A stretch of 64,000 nt of DNA, from contig JAAOMT010000009.1 in NCBI GenBank assembly GCA_016748015.1, forward strand, positions 886,459 through 950,458, in the 5' to 3' direction. This DNA comes from Geosiphon pyriformis uo1. Taxonomy: Eukaryota; Fungi; Glomeromycota. Both the position numbers and the translations under genes were made by a program. The notes beneath the pieces are model-generated. The model made no database searches. It worked only from the letters and a program-made list of their open reading frames with translations, and was not told the origin of the DNA. This document shows, piece by piece, positions 1 to 11,600 of the stretch (positions are counted from its first letter, which is position 1; each line of letters begins with the position of its first letter).

Positions 1-156
1 GCTAACTAAAGACAATTAAAACCAGAAGCAGACTTCTTAAATAAATTTGGGAGGCCAGAAGATGACTCAACCAATGCATCACACTTCAGAGTAGAATGGC
101 CAAAATGCTCACACTTCTCACACCAAACCAAATCCAACCTAGTCCATAAGAGACGC
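1..156 (-). mobile_element. LINE A, downstream part of ORF1 (continues off the window's left edge); split from its 5' part by Gypsy-1
   Basis: Minus strand reads RLLWTRLDLVWCEKCEHFGHSTLKC (CCHC knuckle). It joins in frame to ...EPIFGGM at 10279 once Gypsy-1 and one TSD copy are removed. It matches LINE C ORF1 (EPIFGGVKLSWARLDLVHCEWCEKFSHSALEC). Confidence 0.9.
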
Positions 157-1024
157 TGTTACAGGTAATTATTTCGGCTGCTGAATTAAATAACAAACCT
201 GTAACTTGGTGCTCAAAGCTAGTTCTATTGATGATGTTCTGAAGGTATTGTTATCTGAAGGTTTTGGTTGAGTTCTTTGTATAATGGACAGAGATTCAAT
301 AAGATTGATAGTGGTTGTATTCTTAAGTTGTTTTCCCAATTTCTTTCTCAGCGTGGTGGCTGGATTTAGTCTGGCAGTTGTGCTCTTCTGATAAGCTATC
401 CGATAATATATAAAATCCTATCCTTATTTCTGGGTCTTTTATCAAGCTATCTTTGACGTCAATAACTCAGTGCTTAATCTTTTAACCAATTAGTATATAC
501 AACAATTAAATCAAATAAAATAAAAAAAAGAAAATACAAGAAAATAAAGAAAGAAAAGAAATAAGTCCAGGCAGTTTGACAGATTAGTATTCCATCAATA
601 GCCATGATCAAGAGCTATTGTTCCAGCGTGGTTAAGTATCAATTACTATCAACATGAAATGTTGATAGTGGAGAGTAAATTGAGATATGGAATAATTATT
701 TATTTGATAATTTTGTTTCTTGGCTAAGGATTCTGTGGTATTGATTCTGTCTTTTCTGTTTCTAATACTACCGCTATATATACATAATTGGGATTTCTCA
801 ATTCCCCGATTCTTTATAACAGAAATTCTGGAATTCTTGGAATCCTGCAATTCTTTTGAGAGGAATTCTGGAATTCTGGAATCTTGCAATTCCTTGTCGG
901 GAATCCTGAAATTCCTGGAATCCTGCAATTCCTGAAAAGAATTCTGGAATTTCACATTTACTACACTTACTTCTGATTGGCTAATAATTATGCTAATATA
1001 TTTCCTATATTTTTATGAGTAACA
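157..1024 (-). repeat. 3' LTR of Gypsy-1 (868 bp)
   Basis: Near-identical to 9446-10274; TG...CA inverted termini; has one extra ~39-bp tandem unit. Confidence 0.96.
820..952. repeat. Tandem array in U3 of the LTR: ~39-bp units built from GGAATTCCT-like 9-10-mers
   Basis: About 3.3 units here versus about 2.3 units at ~10110-10202 in the other LTR. Confidence 0.85.
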
Positions 1025-1040
1025 TTATTCCCTCCTTTTA
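1025..1040 (-). other. Polypurine tract of Gypsy-1
   Basis: Minus strand AAAAGGAGGGAATAA immediately precedes TGTTAC of the 3' LTR. Confidence 0.9.
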
Positions 1041-1698
1041 ATATTGAGCTCCATCAAAATCTAACTCATGTAATTCCCCCTCTTGAAGTATTTTCTGGAT
1101 TTCATTTTCAAAAATTACTTGTGTTATTTGGGTCTGTAATTCTTCAAATTGAGCATTGGTGATTTTTTTTCAATTGATTACTGGTAACCATATCCATTGC
1201 TCTGTTGAGCAATATTTCTGGTTTATCCTGAAATGCTGTGTGTATTTGGTATATGGCTCGGACTTGTGTGGATAAGTTGTTCTTTTCCAAAAAATGTTCT
1301 AATTGTTGTAGTATTCTTTTGTCGAATAATCACTTTGTTTTATCTATATATAGATTCTGGATATTTATGTGTTGTCCCAAGTAAAAATAACAATAGTTTC
1401 GTGAAAATTGTTGTTTCCACCAATTCCAAGTTTCTTTAGTCAATTCTTGATATAGTGACTTTTTTGTCGATTCTTTTATTGTTAATTTTACTTTCACCAT
1501 AATTTTGTCCACCATATTTTCAGTTTTTTTTGGTGTTCTGAGTTGCAATGTCTTTCTAATATCTTAATATCGAATGGTTTGTTGATTGATTGTAATCTCC
1601 ATTTCCTGGTGTTGGATTAATTGAAAGAGTTGTTGTGCTAGTGTGTGAATGTTGTCTGTAATTTCCATTTTTCTGATATTTCCTGTCGCATCTACCAT
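1038..1698 (-). pseudogene. Gypsy-1 accessory ORF3, unknown function (~220 aa; two in-frame stops and one frameshift in an A-run)
   Basis: Hand translation from ATG 1698: MVDATGNIRKMEITDNIHTLAQQLFQLI...RAIYQIHTAFQDKPEILL...KKITNAQFEELQTQI. Homologous to 24102-24821. Confidence 0.75.
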
Positions 1699-1722
1699 GT
1701 CTTTATATATTCTTTTGATTGA

Positions 1723-3126
1723 TCAATTTAATGTGTTGTTGTTGATAATAACGATTGGTTTCAGATCTTGTGGAATCTCATCTGGTTGGACTAGTATTCT
1801 CTGTACTCCTAATTGTAGAATATTACTGGTAGATGGTAGTGTGATGTCATGATATGGCTTCAGTCAATCTCCATGTGCTGCTTTGGTTAAAATTTTGTTA
1901 TTTAATCTTAATTTGTAAGCTCCATTTTCTAAAATTTCTTCTATGTGAAATGGTCCGTCCCATTTGGGGTCAAATTTTCCACTCCATTGTTTTTCAGCTT
2001 TGGTACGATGTAGTAATATTTTGTCTCCAATCTTGAATTCAACTGGTTTGTCGGATAGTTGACTATCGTGTCTTTCTTTCTGTTTTTCTTGTGACTTTTG
2101 AATATTATCAGCTGCTCTTCTTCGTTTGTTTTCCAATGTTTCTATTAAGTCATATGTTTTTTTCAGCAATGTTTCTTGAAAATTTTCTTCTGTTATTGGT
2201 TTAACTGGATATGTATTAATTTTTCTCTCTACTGGTAATGTTGCCATTCTCCCATATATTAATTTAAATAGTGTTGCTTGTGTAGTATCTTGTTTCATTG
2301 TCTGATAAGCAAATAGTACTGATGATATAAACAAATTCCAATCATTCTGGTTTTTTTGGCTGAGCTTAGCTATTGCTTCACACAGTGTTTTATTGAATCT
2401 TTCTACTAATCCGTTGGTTTGTGGATGGTATGGTAATGATAATGGTCTCTTGATTCCGAATCTTTGGCTCAATTCTGTTAATGTTTTGTTCACAAAATGA
2501 GTTCCTTGGTCTGATAATAATTCTTTTGGACATCCATGTTGACAAATCAAATTCTGATGAATGAATTCAGCAATGGATTCTGCATTCACTCTTTGAATTG
2601 CTTTCGTCTCTGGCCATTTAGTAAGATAGTCCATGACTACTGCTATGTATTTGTTTTCTCTGCTGGTGATTGTTAATGGTCTGACTAAATCAATTCCAAT
2701 ATGGTCAAATGGTTGTCTTACTTTGATTGGTCTTAATGGTTCACAGGGTCTTGTTCCTCCTTTTTGCTGACAAGCATCACAATTTTGAACATATTGAATG
2801 ATGTCTGGGTACATTGATGGCCAATAGTATCTCTTTTTGGTTCTTTCCATGGTTGTTTCTTTGTGAAAATGTTCTGCTGTTGAATTTGAGTGCATGTTGA
2901 ATAATATTGTCTCTTTTTCTGGCTCCATAATTACTCTGGTTGGTTGATCTGAATCCCTCCTATTTTTCTGATAAAGTATATTTTGGTGAGTTATAAAATA
3001 TTTTGATTGTTGTTTGATACTCTTTCGTTCCATTTGAGATAAATTCTTCTTGAACTGTTGAGTGTTTAGATAATATTGCAATTGTTGATATTTTTGTATA
3101 TTCATCTTTTGTTGTATTTTTTCCAT
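1723..3126 (-). pseudogene. Gypsy-1 integrase as its own ORF (HHCC, DDE core, GPF motif; no chromodomain); one internal TGA at 1864-1866
   Basis: Motifs H..H...CDAC, IGIDL, SDQGTHF, YHPQTNGLVERFN, WDGPF. Past the stop it reads on to ...IPQDLKPIVIINNNTLN* at 1723. Confidence 0.93.
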
Positions 3127-3169
3127 TGGTATTGTTCTGGTTTTGTTATATTTTTGGGTTAAAATGTTC

Positions 3170-6100
3170 TTAGATTTGTTTTATTTGCGACAAACCATCC
3201 ACATTTCTGTTGTCTTTTTCTTTTTTATAATGTATAGTATACTTATATGGTGTAAGTGCCATTTTTCATCTTGACTGTCTTTTATCTCCAAATTCTTGTT
3301 TTTGAAGTGATGTTAATTCTTTGTGATCTGTGTACACCTTAAACTTCTGGCTCAAATATTCTTTCTATTTCATGACTGACCAGTATATTGCTAAGTGTTC
3401 TTTTTCCGGTGTTCTATAGTTCTTTTCAGCTGGTGTTAAATCTCTGCTGGCATATGCCACTGGATGTTCTCTGCCGTCTGGTCCTCTCTGAGATAGTACT
3501 GCTCCTAATGCCTGGCCAGATGCATCTGTGGTAATGATGAATAGTTTGCTGTGATCTGGATAGATCAGTACTGGAGCTTGTATAAGCTTTCTTTTTAGAA
3601 TATCAAAAGCTTCTTGTTGACTTTCAGTCCATTTATATTTTGTATCTTTGTTTTGTAGTTGGTTGAGTGGCTGCGCTATCTTGGAAAAGTTCTTGATAAA
3701 ACGTTGATAGTAGCTGGCGAATTCCAAGAATAATTTCAGTTCTGTCATATTGGTTGGTACTGAAAAGTTTTTTACTATCTCTATTTTCTCCGGATCTGTT
3801 TTGATGCCATCTTTGCTGACTATGTGTCTCAAGAATTTTAGTTCTGTCTTGCCAAAGAAGCACTTTGTTGCATTTAACTTTAGTTCTGCTCTTCTTAGTT
3901 TTTTGAACACTTGTTGAAGATGATGAAGATGATCATCAAACGTCTTTGAGAATACATTGGTGTTGTCCAAGTATACAACTACTGATTTCTACAATAAGCC
4001 AGTATAAACAATTTCCGTTAGCTGTTGGAAAGTTGCTGGGGCATTGGTTAAGCCGAATGGCATCACTTCAAATTCGAAATTCTCTTCTCTAGTAGTAAAT
4101 GCCATTTTCTCTTTGTTAGCTGGATACATGGCTACTTATCAGTAACCACTGTCCAAATCTAATGTGGAGAACCATTTGTTCCCACTGAAAGCATCGAATA
4201 ATTTCTGTATTCGTGGAGTTGGATAACTGTCTCCACGAGTTACACCATTGAGTTTCTTATAGTCTACACAGAACTGGATTTTTCCATTCTTCTTATGGAC
4301 AAGTACTACTGGTGATGACCAAGGGCTCATTGATGGTTGAATTAGCCCATTGTCAAGCATTCTGTTTATCTCTTGACGAATGATCTCGTGGCTGGCTGGC
4401 GGCACTCTGTATGCTCTTTGTTTGATTGGCATTGCATCTTCAGTCTTAATTTGATGCTGGATAATGTCAGTTTAGCCAAACTCATTTTCGCTGGCAAAGA
4501 TGTCATTGAAATTGTTGAGTAACATCTTAAGCTGCATACATTGGAGTGGATCTAAGTTTTCCATGTTCATTTGTTCCAATTGTTCTGGTTGGAGCAAATA
4601 ATATTTGTCTCATCCATAGATTGTTTGTGATGTGATGTCAACATATTCACAAAGTTGTGGAAAGTCTGGAATGGGGTTTGGTGGTTGGTTTTCTATTTCT
4701 GTGGTTAAATATCCAATGGTGGTTCCTTCTGATATGTTGATGATATTGCCAGTGTTGTTGTAGATGGGAATTTTTATGCTGCTATAGCTTTTGGCTGGTA
4801 TGTAGAGATTGATCAGTCCAATTTCTCCTGATTCACAAAGATTTGCTTCAGCTTCAAAAATCTGTTCTTGCTCCTTTTCCTTCCTTTCTATTGCTAACAT
4901 GTACTGGCTATATGGTGGAATGGAAATAGCTTGACTGGTTGAGATAATTTCTCCTTGGCCAACAATTTCTTCCTTCACTATATTAACTGGTACATCTATT
5001 CTATCCATTGATCCGAATCTCTGTATTCCTCTCACTGTTATTCCTAATTCCTCCCTCTTTCTTACTGATACTAACTAAGCTATTCTAACCAGAAGCAGGA
5101 ATATTGCCTGTGCTATCTTTTCATTGGGTTCTATTATATAGGTCTTTTCTGAGTTATTTTGTAGCATCATGATAATATTTCCTACATATCCCGTGTCAAT
5201 TATTCCTCCTCTTATATTAATCTCTCTTTTTGCTAAACTACTCCTAGATGCTAATTGAACCATGGTTGTTGTCAGAATTTCTAGTGCTATTTTCAGATCA
5301 ATACAGGTGCATGAATGAGATTCCAATTTGATGGCATCTTTTCTTGGATATCTCAGATCAAATCCTGCATCCATATCATGTGCACGTTCTGGCATAATAC
5401 CTTCCCCATTGTTACTATACCATTTCAACTCTTGTTCCTTGGAGAGATCTGGTAATGCAATGTATTGTTTATAGTTTAAATCGGGTTTTGAATCTGAGTC
5501 TGAATCATTTTCGTCATCATTGCCATTTTGAATAGAGCTGAAACCGGTGTTTTTGTCATTATCGTCAGAGTCTGAATCACAATTGATCAGCAATTCTGAT
5601 TCTGATGCACAGCTGCTGATTGGTTCTTCTTCTTTAGGGATCGAGTAGATCATGCGTGGTGGTGGATTGTAAATGAGGTCACAATCATCACAATATTCAA
5701 AGTCACTGGAAATTAAACAATGGCAACACAGTCTTGTATTTAACTGTGCTAGCCATTGTTTTTGCTCTTCTCTAGTGGGTGCCAAGTTTTGGTAGTGTTT
5801 ATGGAACTCTTCTGGTTCCAGAAAATTTATGATTGGCTTTGCATCCCAGTCAAGCTCGATGGGTTCTGGTGGGTTGTTTTTAATTGTCTGGATTTCTTCT
5901 GGCAATGTGCCTTCAATTTTTGTGGTTGCCATTCTCCAAATTTTGTCATTGTCATGTGGACAACTGTTTAATCATCACACTGCTCTTTGCCAAGTGGCTT
6001 CAATTGGTGTCCTCTTTTTAACCCAGTCACTGATCAGAATTGTGTATTGACACAATACGTTGCATGTTTCTCCATGTCCAAGAATGTTATGCCACATTCC

Positions 6101-9100
6101 TTCATCCAATAGAGTCTCTCTACAAGCTAAGCATGACTGGTTGTCCCATTTCTCTACTCGTTTTGGTCTTCCAAAGTGTTCAAAGACACATAGGCAGCAA
6201 TAGAACCTAGTTGCTGTTGAATATTCCTTATCGTCCCCACAGCATGCGCCCATTGATGACAATTTCTTGCCGCAATCGATGCATATAAGCTTAGATCAAT
6301 GATAGGTAAATTGTTGTGGTATGGTGTAGGTGTTATAAGCGGTGGTGGTTTGGGTGGTCTTTTTTTCTTTTCCTTTCTCTTTATTTTCTTTGTCTTCTTC
6401 CCATTCCCAGCTTGAAGTCAGTTTGCTCTCGTCATTGTCAGTTCATGTCAGGTCATCAGTTTCCCAGGTAAGTTCTTCCTTTTGTTTCTCTTTTTCCTTG
6501 TTGTTGTCATCTCAGGGGAGTATTGGTGGCAGCTTGTTGTGCTCTTCATCAGCCCACAATACTTGGTAGGCTTTAGTTTCTCCTCATCGAAGTCAATTAG
6601 TGGTGCCGTGTTGTTGATAGTCTTGAAGTGGCCACACATTGCTGGTACTCGTGTGTGTCTTCCATTCTGGCTGAGTATTAACTCTTGGGTTGTCCAATCG
6701 AGCATGGCATTGGTTTTGAACAGCCAGTCATTACTGACTAGGGCTTGATATTGGGTGGCATCCATTACTAGGACTTTGATGGGTACTATGATGCCATTAA
6801 TTTCTATAGGAAAATCATCTATCTCGCCAATAGGTGTTTTTGTAGCGCCATCAGCAGTAATGATTCTAGTGCTGGCAGCTCAATCAACTCGGCGACCTAA
6901 TTGATCCATGAGCTGTCTTGTGATTATGCTGCCAGCTGATCTACTATCTAGGATGAGTTTGATGGGGTGACCATCAATTCTGGAATCTGTGTACATTGCT
7001 GTTATGGGTTTTTCTTTGAGGGCAGCTCCACTGAATAATGGTATTGGTGTGTTTTCTTCGAGTTTGAAAGGAAAGATGGCTGCTAAGGATTTGTCACTAG
7101 AGATGGTTGCCAGTGGAATTGTGTTGGTAGGTATGTGCTGATTGAATTCCATGTTGTTAGATGTGGTGTCTTCTGGGTTAACTAGGAGACTTAAATAGTG
7201 TTGGGAATTTGGGTTTTGGACGTGACTGGTATCCAAATTCCAGGTGCATAATTCTGATGATGAGTTTAGCAAACTGGGGATTGGTTGGTAAACAACTATC
7301 ACCGATCTCCAGTTTTGAGTGACTCTGGATCGAGGGTTACCTGATGTCATTTGAGCTGGGTTCTGGGGTGGTGTTTGAATTGATTGGAGTTGATAGATGA
7401 TTTGTGGCTGCAGTTGATATATTACTTGTGGCTGCGGCTAATAAATCGGAGGTTGATATACTGACAGTTGATAGATTGGTTGCTGCGTCATTGGCAAGTA
7501 ATTATTTCAATATCGGTTTTAACCTTGATTTGGATAATGATTCAGAGTTTGGAACCGGCAATTGGGGTTTCGATATTGATTTCTTGATCATTGGTTATTT
7601 AAATGCTGGCAACAGTCAATTTAAATATGTCCTTGTTTACCACAATAGTGACAGATACGCATTTCCTGTTGCCACTGTTGATTGGTCAATGTAGATGGAC
7701 ATGGTTGAGTTTGGACATGATTAGAGTTTTTTTGATTATTGTGTCATTGTGGAGGCTAATAAATGGCGTGATTGTCAGCTAAGTATCCTTCCAATCTCTT
7801 ATTAATTGATTCACTGAACTTCTCCAATTTGGAATCCAATTCAGATGATCCATTCATTACTAGATTAATGGCTTGGGCATGGTTAGCCTCTGACTCAGCA
7901 GATTCAAAATCTCTGGCGCATGTAACTGCGTCTTAAAGAGTACCTGAATGCAACGGACATACATGTTGCAAGATGCTGCTGCGCAAGCCATGGATAAACT
8001 GATTGAGTATCTGTGGTGCTGTAAAATAGTTGGCATCAATTGCTTAAATTTGGCATAGGTTTTGATGGAAGTGTCCCAGGTAAGTGGTGACTGCTTCAGT
8101 TTCTCCTTGTTTCATGGTGGTGAATGCATTGACTAGGCAATTGATGCTGTTATTGTTGCTGAAGTATCTTAGGAATTCTGCTTTGAAGGCATTAAAATCT
8201 TGTGGTTTATTAATCAAGCTCTAGTACCATGAATTGGCGGTATCCTTGAGAAAGTAGAAAATGGTTTGCATTGCTTGAGTGTCATTCCATCCATTGGCTG
8301 TGATGGCTTTTTCTATATCATTCAGCCATACTTGAGCATTATCCTCTTCGCCAGTAAAGTTGTCAAGTTTTGTAATTGGTGCATAGACTATTGGATCTAA
8401 GTTGGGTTGTTGTGGTGGCTGTTGAAACAGTTGTTGTTGTTGTCCTGGTTGTTGGAGTGGTAGTTGAAATGGCTGCTGTATGGGTTCGGCTACTGGATTA
8501 ATTGGTAGTTGATCAATGACGATTACCGGAAGTAAGTTTTGCTGATTAATTAATTTGGAATTTGGATTGTTCTGCCTTTGCTGATTCGGAGTTTCGATTT
8601 CCGAATTTTTTATATTTAAATTTTGCTGAGCTTGAAGATTCAGAATTTCAACTTCCAGGCTTTCAGTGATCGGGTTTTAGTAAGTAAATTCTTGATCTTC
8701 TGATTCTTCTTCCTCTTTTTCCTCTTCTTCTTCAGATAGTTTTCACAGGATAGCAGTTCCAAAGTCTGGTTGAGACAGCGGTAATCAAATTCCTGATGGG
8801 GTTGATGATCATAATTTAAATCCCTCAAAATATTTGCCATATGATCCTAATAGATCTGTTTTCCTTTGTTTACTTTGGAATAGGAATCATCTGAATGTTG
8901 ATATCACATTTGATATGGATGCGCTTGCTGATGTTATATTGATGGTGCTTCCTAGTGTGTGTAGTAATAAGATGGGTCAGTTGGTGATTCAATTCTTGTT
9001 TTCTTCCAAGTGAGTGGTTGTATCCTTTTGGGTGTTACTACTGGTGTTTGTAGTTTCCCTTTGCCTTTACTGGTGTAAGTAATTGGATATCTTTGTTGGG

Positions 9101-9419
9101 TGTGATGTTCAATTTCTTTGTTGATTTCAGTAATGATGGAGGCAAAATTGTAATTTGTTGGCAGGTTGGTATTTTGAATTAATTTTCTGTAGAAAGTTTC
9201 CCTGGCTGATTTAGTATTCACTGGTGTTCCTAACAAAAAAAAAATTTTTTTGTTGACGTAAAAGTTAAAGGCTGATTCGGCAGATATATGATTGTGGTTT
9301 AATCCCAAGTGTTGACAATAGTGTTGAAATAGGACTTTTGCGAATCCTAAATGGTTTGCTCTTATGGTTTCTGATTCTGCCACTTTTGGTTTGGTGTTGT
9401 TGGTGCTGGTTCTCTGTAG
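3170..9419 (-). pseudogene. Gypsy-1 gag-pol polyprotein (gag/CCHC, aspartic protease, Cys-rich domain, dUTPase, RT, RNase H), disrupted
   Basis: Gag WLNDIEKAITANGW and CHYCGKQGHI*IDC; protease LILDSRSAGS; RT SPWSSPVVLV, FSTLDLDSGY, VMPFGL, YLDN (from YLDD); RH TTDASGQALGAVL. Many transition-derived stops. Frameshifts at ~8955 (AC slip) and ~6565 (short deletion). Confidence 0.93.
5000..5432 (-). other. dUTPase domain within Gypsy-1 pol
   Basis: All five trimeric dUTPase motifs: AGFDL, SRSSLA, GIIDTGYVG, IAQ, RGIQRFGS. Confidence 0.92.
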
Positions 9420-9425
9420 GATTAT

Positions 9426-9443
9426 ACCTCACAAGAAGCACCA
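9426..9443 (-). other. Primer-binding site of Gypsy-1
   Basis: TGGTGCTTCTTGTGAGG, 2 nt after the 5' LTR. It is complementary to a tRNA 3' end ...CCUCACAAGAAGCACCA, which resembles elongator tRNA-Met (tRNA identity tentative). Confidence 0.8.
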
Positions 9444-9445
9444 AA

Positions 9446-10274
9446 TGTTACAGGTAATTATTTCAGCTGCTGAATTAAATAACAAACCCATAACTTGGTG
9501 CTTAAAGTTAGTTCTGTTGATAATGTTCTGAAGGTATTGTTATCTGAAGGTTTTGGTTGAGTTCTTTATATAATGGACAGAGATTCAATAAGGTTGATAG
9601 TGGTTGTATTCTTAAGTTGTTTTCCCAATTTCTTTCTCAGTGTGGTGGCCAGATTTAGTCTGGCAGTCGTGCCCTTCTAGTAAGCTATCTGATAATATAT
9701 AAAATCCTACTCTTATTTTTGGGTCTTTTACCAGACTATCCTTGACGTCAATAACTCAGTACTTAATCTTTTAACCAATTAGTATACACAACAATCAAAT
9801 AAAATAAAATAAAAAAAAGAAAATACAAGAAAATAAAGAAAGAAAAGAAATAAGCCCAGGCAGTTTGGCAGATTAGTATTCCATCAATAGCCATGATCAA
9901 GAGCTATTGTTCCAGTGTGGTTAAGTATCAATTACTATCAACATGAAGTGTTGATAGTGGAGAGTGAATTGAGATATGGAATAATTATTTATTTGATAAT
10001 TTTGTTTTTTGGCTAAGGATTCTGTGGTATTGATTCTGTTTTTTCTGTTTCTAATACTACCACTATATATACATAATTGGGATTCCTCAATTCTCCAATT
10101 CTTCATAACAGGAATCCTGGAATTCCTGGAATTCTGCAATTTCTCGTCAGGAATCCTGAAATTCCTGAAATCCTGCAATTCCTGAGAGGAATCCTGGAAT
10201 TTCACATTTACTATGTTTACTTCTGATTGACTAATAATTATGCTAATATATTTTCTATATTTCTATAAGTAACA
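9446..10274 (-). repeat. 5' LTR of Gypsy-1 (829 bp)
   Basis: Direct repeat of 157-1024; adjacent to the PBS. Confidence 0.96.
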
Positions 10275-11545
10275 ACACATCCCACCAAAAATAGGCTCAA
10301 TGAGAAAAGCAGATTCCAACTCCTCATTAGATTCAAAGCCAACCACAGCACAACGAAATCTATTGCCAGTTTCCAATGAACAATTGATAATGCAAGTTTT
10401 TCTGCCAGCCTTTTCCAAAAGAGTACCAAGATTATGTGCAGTTATTTCCACTGGCAAAGTAAACAACAGCGTCCTGAACTGATCTCTCGATGCTCAGATA
10501 TTGCAATCTCCTGCTGCTTTGACAATATGTACTGAATCCTTCCCAATTAGGAATGACTATTTTGAGGCCAACAGATCGGCTTGACTCAATTCGGCAAACT
10601 CTATTACAGCCTTTTGCCACATTCCAATTAACTGAATTTTGATTGACTTAATTTGCCCAAACTTGGAGACTGCGGCAATGATCATATTCCTAGATGTGTC
10701 CATGGGAATTTTCTTAATCACTACGACCCAATCTGAACGAAATCCTTGTTTTCTAAGATTGTTGTTTACACTGATTCCATTTTTGCCAGCCAATAAAACA
10801 GCTTTCTTCATGCTTTTCTCTGATGTAAACGTTGATTTGATAATCTCTTCAAATTTTGAGGAAGCAGTGGCCTCTCTAAAACCATTAATTTTTGAAAAAA
10901 TTTTTTTGACGAACTGAGTTTTTTGCATAGCCAATTTCCCTTCCACAGCCAAAAGATTGATATTAAAAGCAAATGATTTCTTAACCAACACTTCTACAGG
11001 AGTTTTGATGATCTTGGGATCAATTCAAATTTTATCCAAAGGAACCTTTTTCCGAAGGGGAGACAGAAGAGGCTTCATCTCTTCATCCATTTCAAAGTCA
11101 GAAGAACTAATAGGAGAACCGAAATTTGCACCAGTATTCACTTATTTAGCCTTAGGAGTGTTAACAGCCGAGTCCAAGAGAGAACCATTAAAACCACCAG
11201 ACATACTAACATTATCATCATTACCAGATAGGCTCTTCACATCAAAATATACACTAGCATTAAAACCAAACTTCAAAGAAATATTTTTTTCATCACCAGA
11301 GTGTTTAACATTTCCAAGAGAAGTTTTCTTTCTTTGTAAAAAAAAACCACCAGCAGGACTATGAAACACACTCTTAAGAGCCTTCTTACTAGACATGCTG
11401 TTACTAAAGACAGCCTCCAAATCCATGATGAAAGGGTTGTTAGTTAAAAAAATGTTGATATATTATTAACAAGAAAAACAAAAAACTTCTTTTCTCAGAA
11501 AAGTGCTCATTGGGGTTTTTTGGAGGTAGAAAAGAAAAAAAAATA
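10275..11545 (-). mobile_element. LINE A 5' UTR and 5' part of ORF1 (ATG 11426; RRM-like region), degraded
   Basis: ORFs 11142-11426, 10557-10991 and 10263-10466 are collinear with ORF1 of LINEs C and D (QLIGMWQKAVIEF, LPV..TAHNLG). The 5' UTR closely matches 58321-58438. Confidence 0.9.
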
Positions 11546-11600
11546 ATTGTTTTAAATATTATTAAAAATAATATTATTAATTCTATTGGCAAAAAATTAT

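Larger units (their letters stand above)
157..10274 (-). mobile_element. Gypsy-1: full-length, inactivated Ty3/Gypsy LTR retrotransposon carrying dUTPase
   Basis: Direct LTRs at 157-1024 and 9446-10274 with TGTTAC...GTAACA ends; PBS; PPT; 4-bp TSD ACGC (153-156) / ACAC (10275-10278); domain order gag-PR-RT-RH-IN. Confidence 0.96.

Noticed and set aside
820-952. Repeat arrays (LTR repeats, 41678-41803) as CRISPR
   Set aside because: No unique spacers, no cas genes, eukaryotic context.
632-955. 107-aa and 94-aa ORFs (also 9921-10205) inside the Gypsy-1 LTRs
   Set aside because: GTG start; the N-half is a translation of the tandem repeat; the two copies match only because they are LTR duplicates.
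1038-1698. ORF3 as a retroviral env gene
   Set aside because: Too short; no signal peptide, transmembrane segment or clear cleavage/fusion motif.
1723-1870. Chromodomain at the integrase C-terminus
   Set aside because: Only ~45 aa follow the GPF region in both elements, and they lack the Y/W aromatic chromo motifs.
3170-9419. Alternative genetic code explaining the many in-frame stops
   Set aside because: The stops are of all three types, fall at different positions in paralogous copies, derive from CAA/CGA/TGG by transition, and are absent from the host exons.
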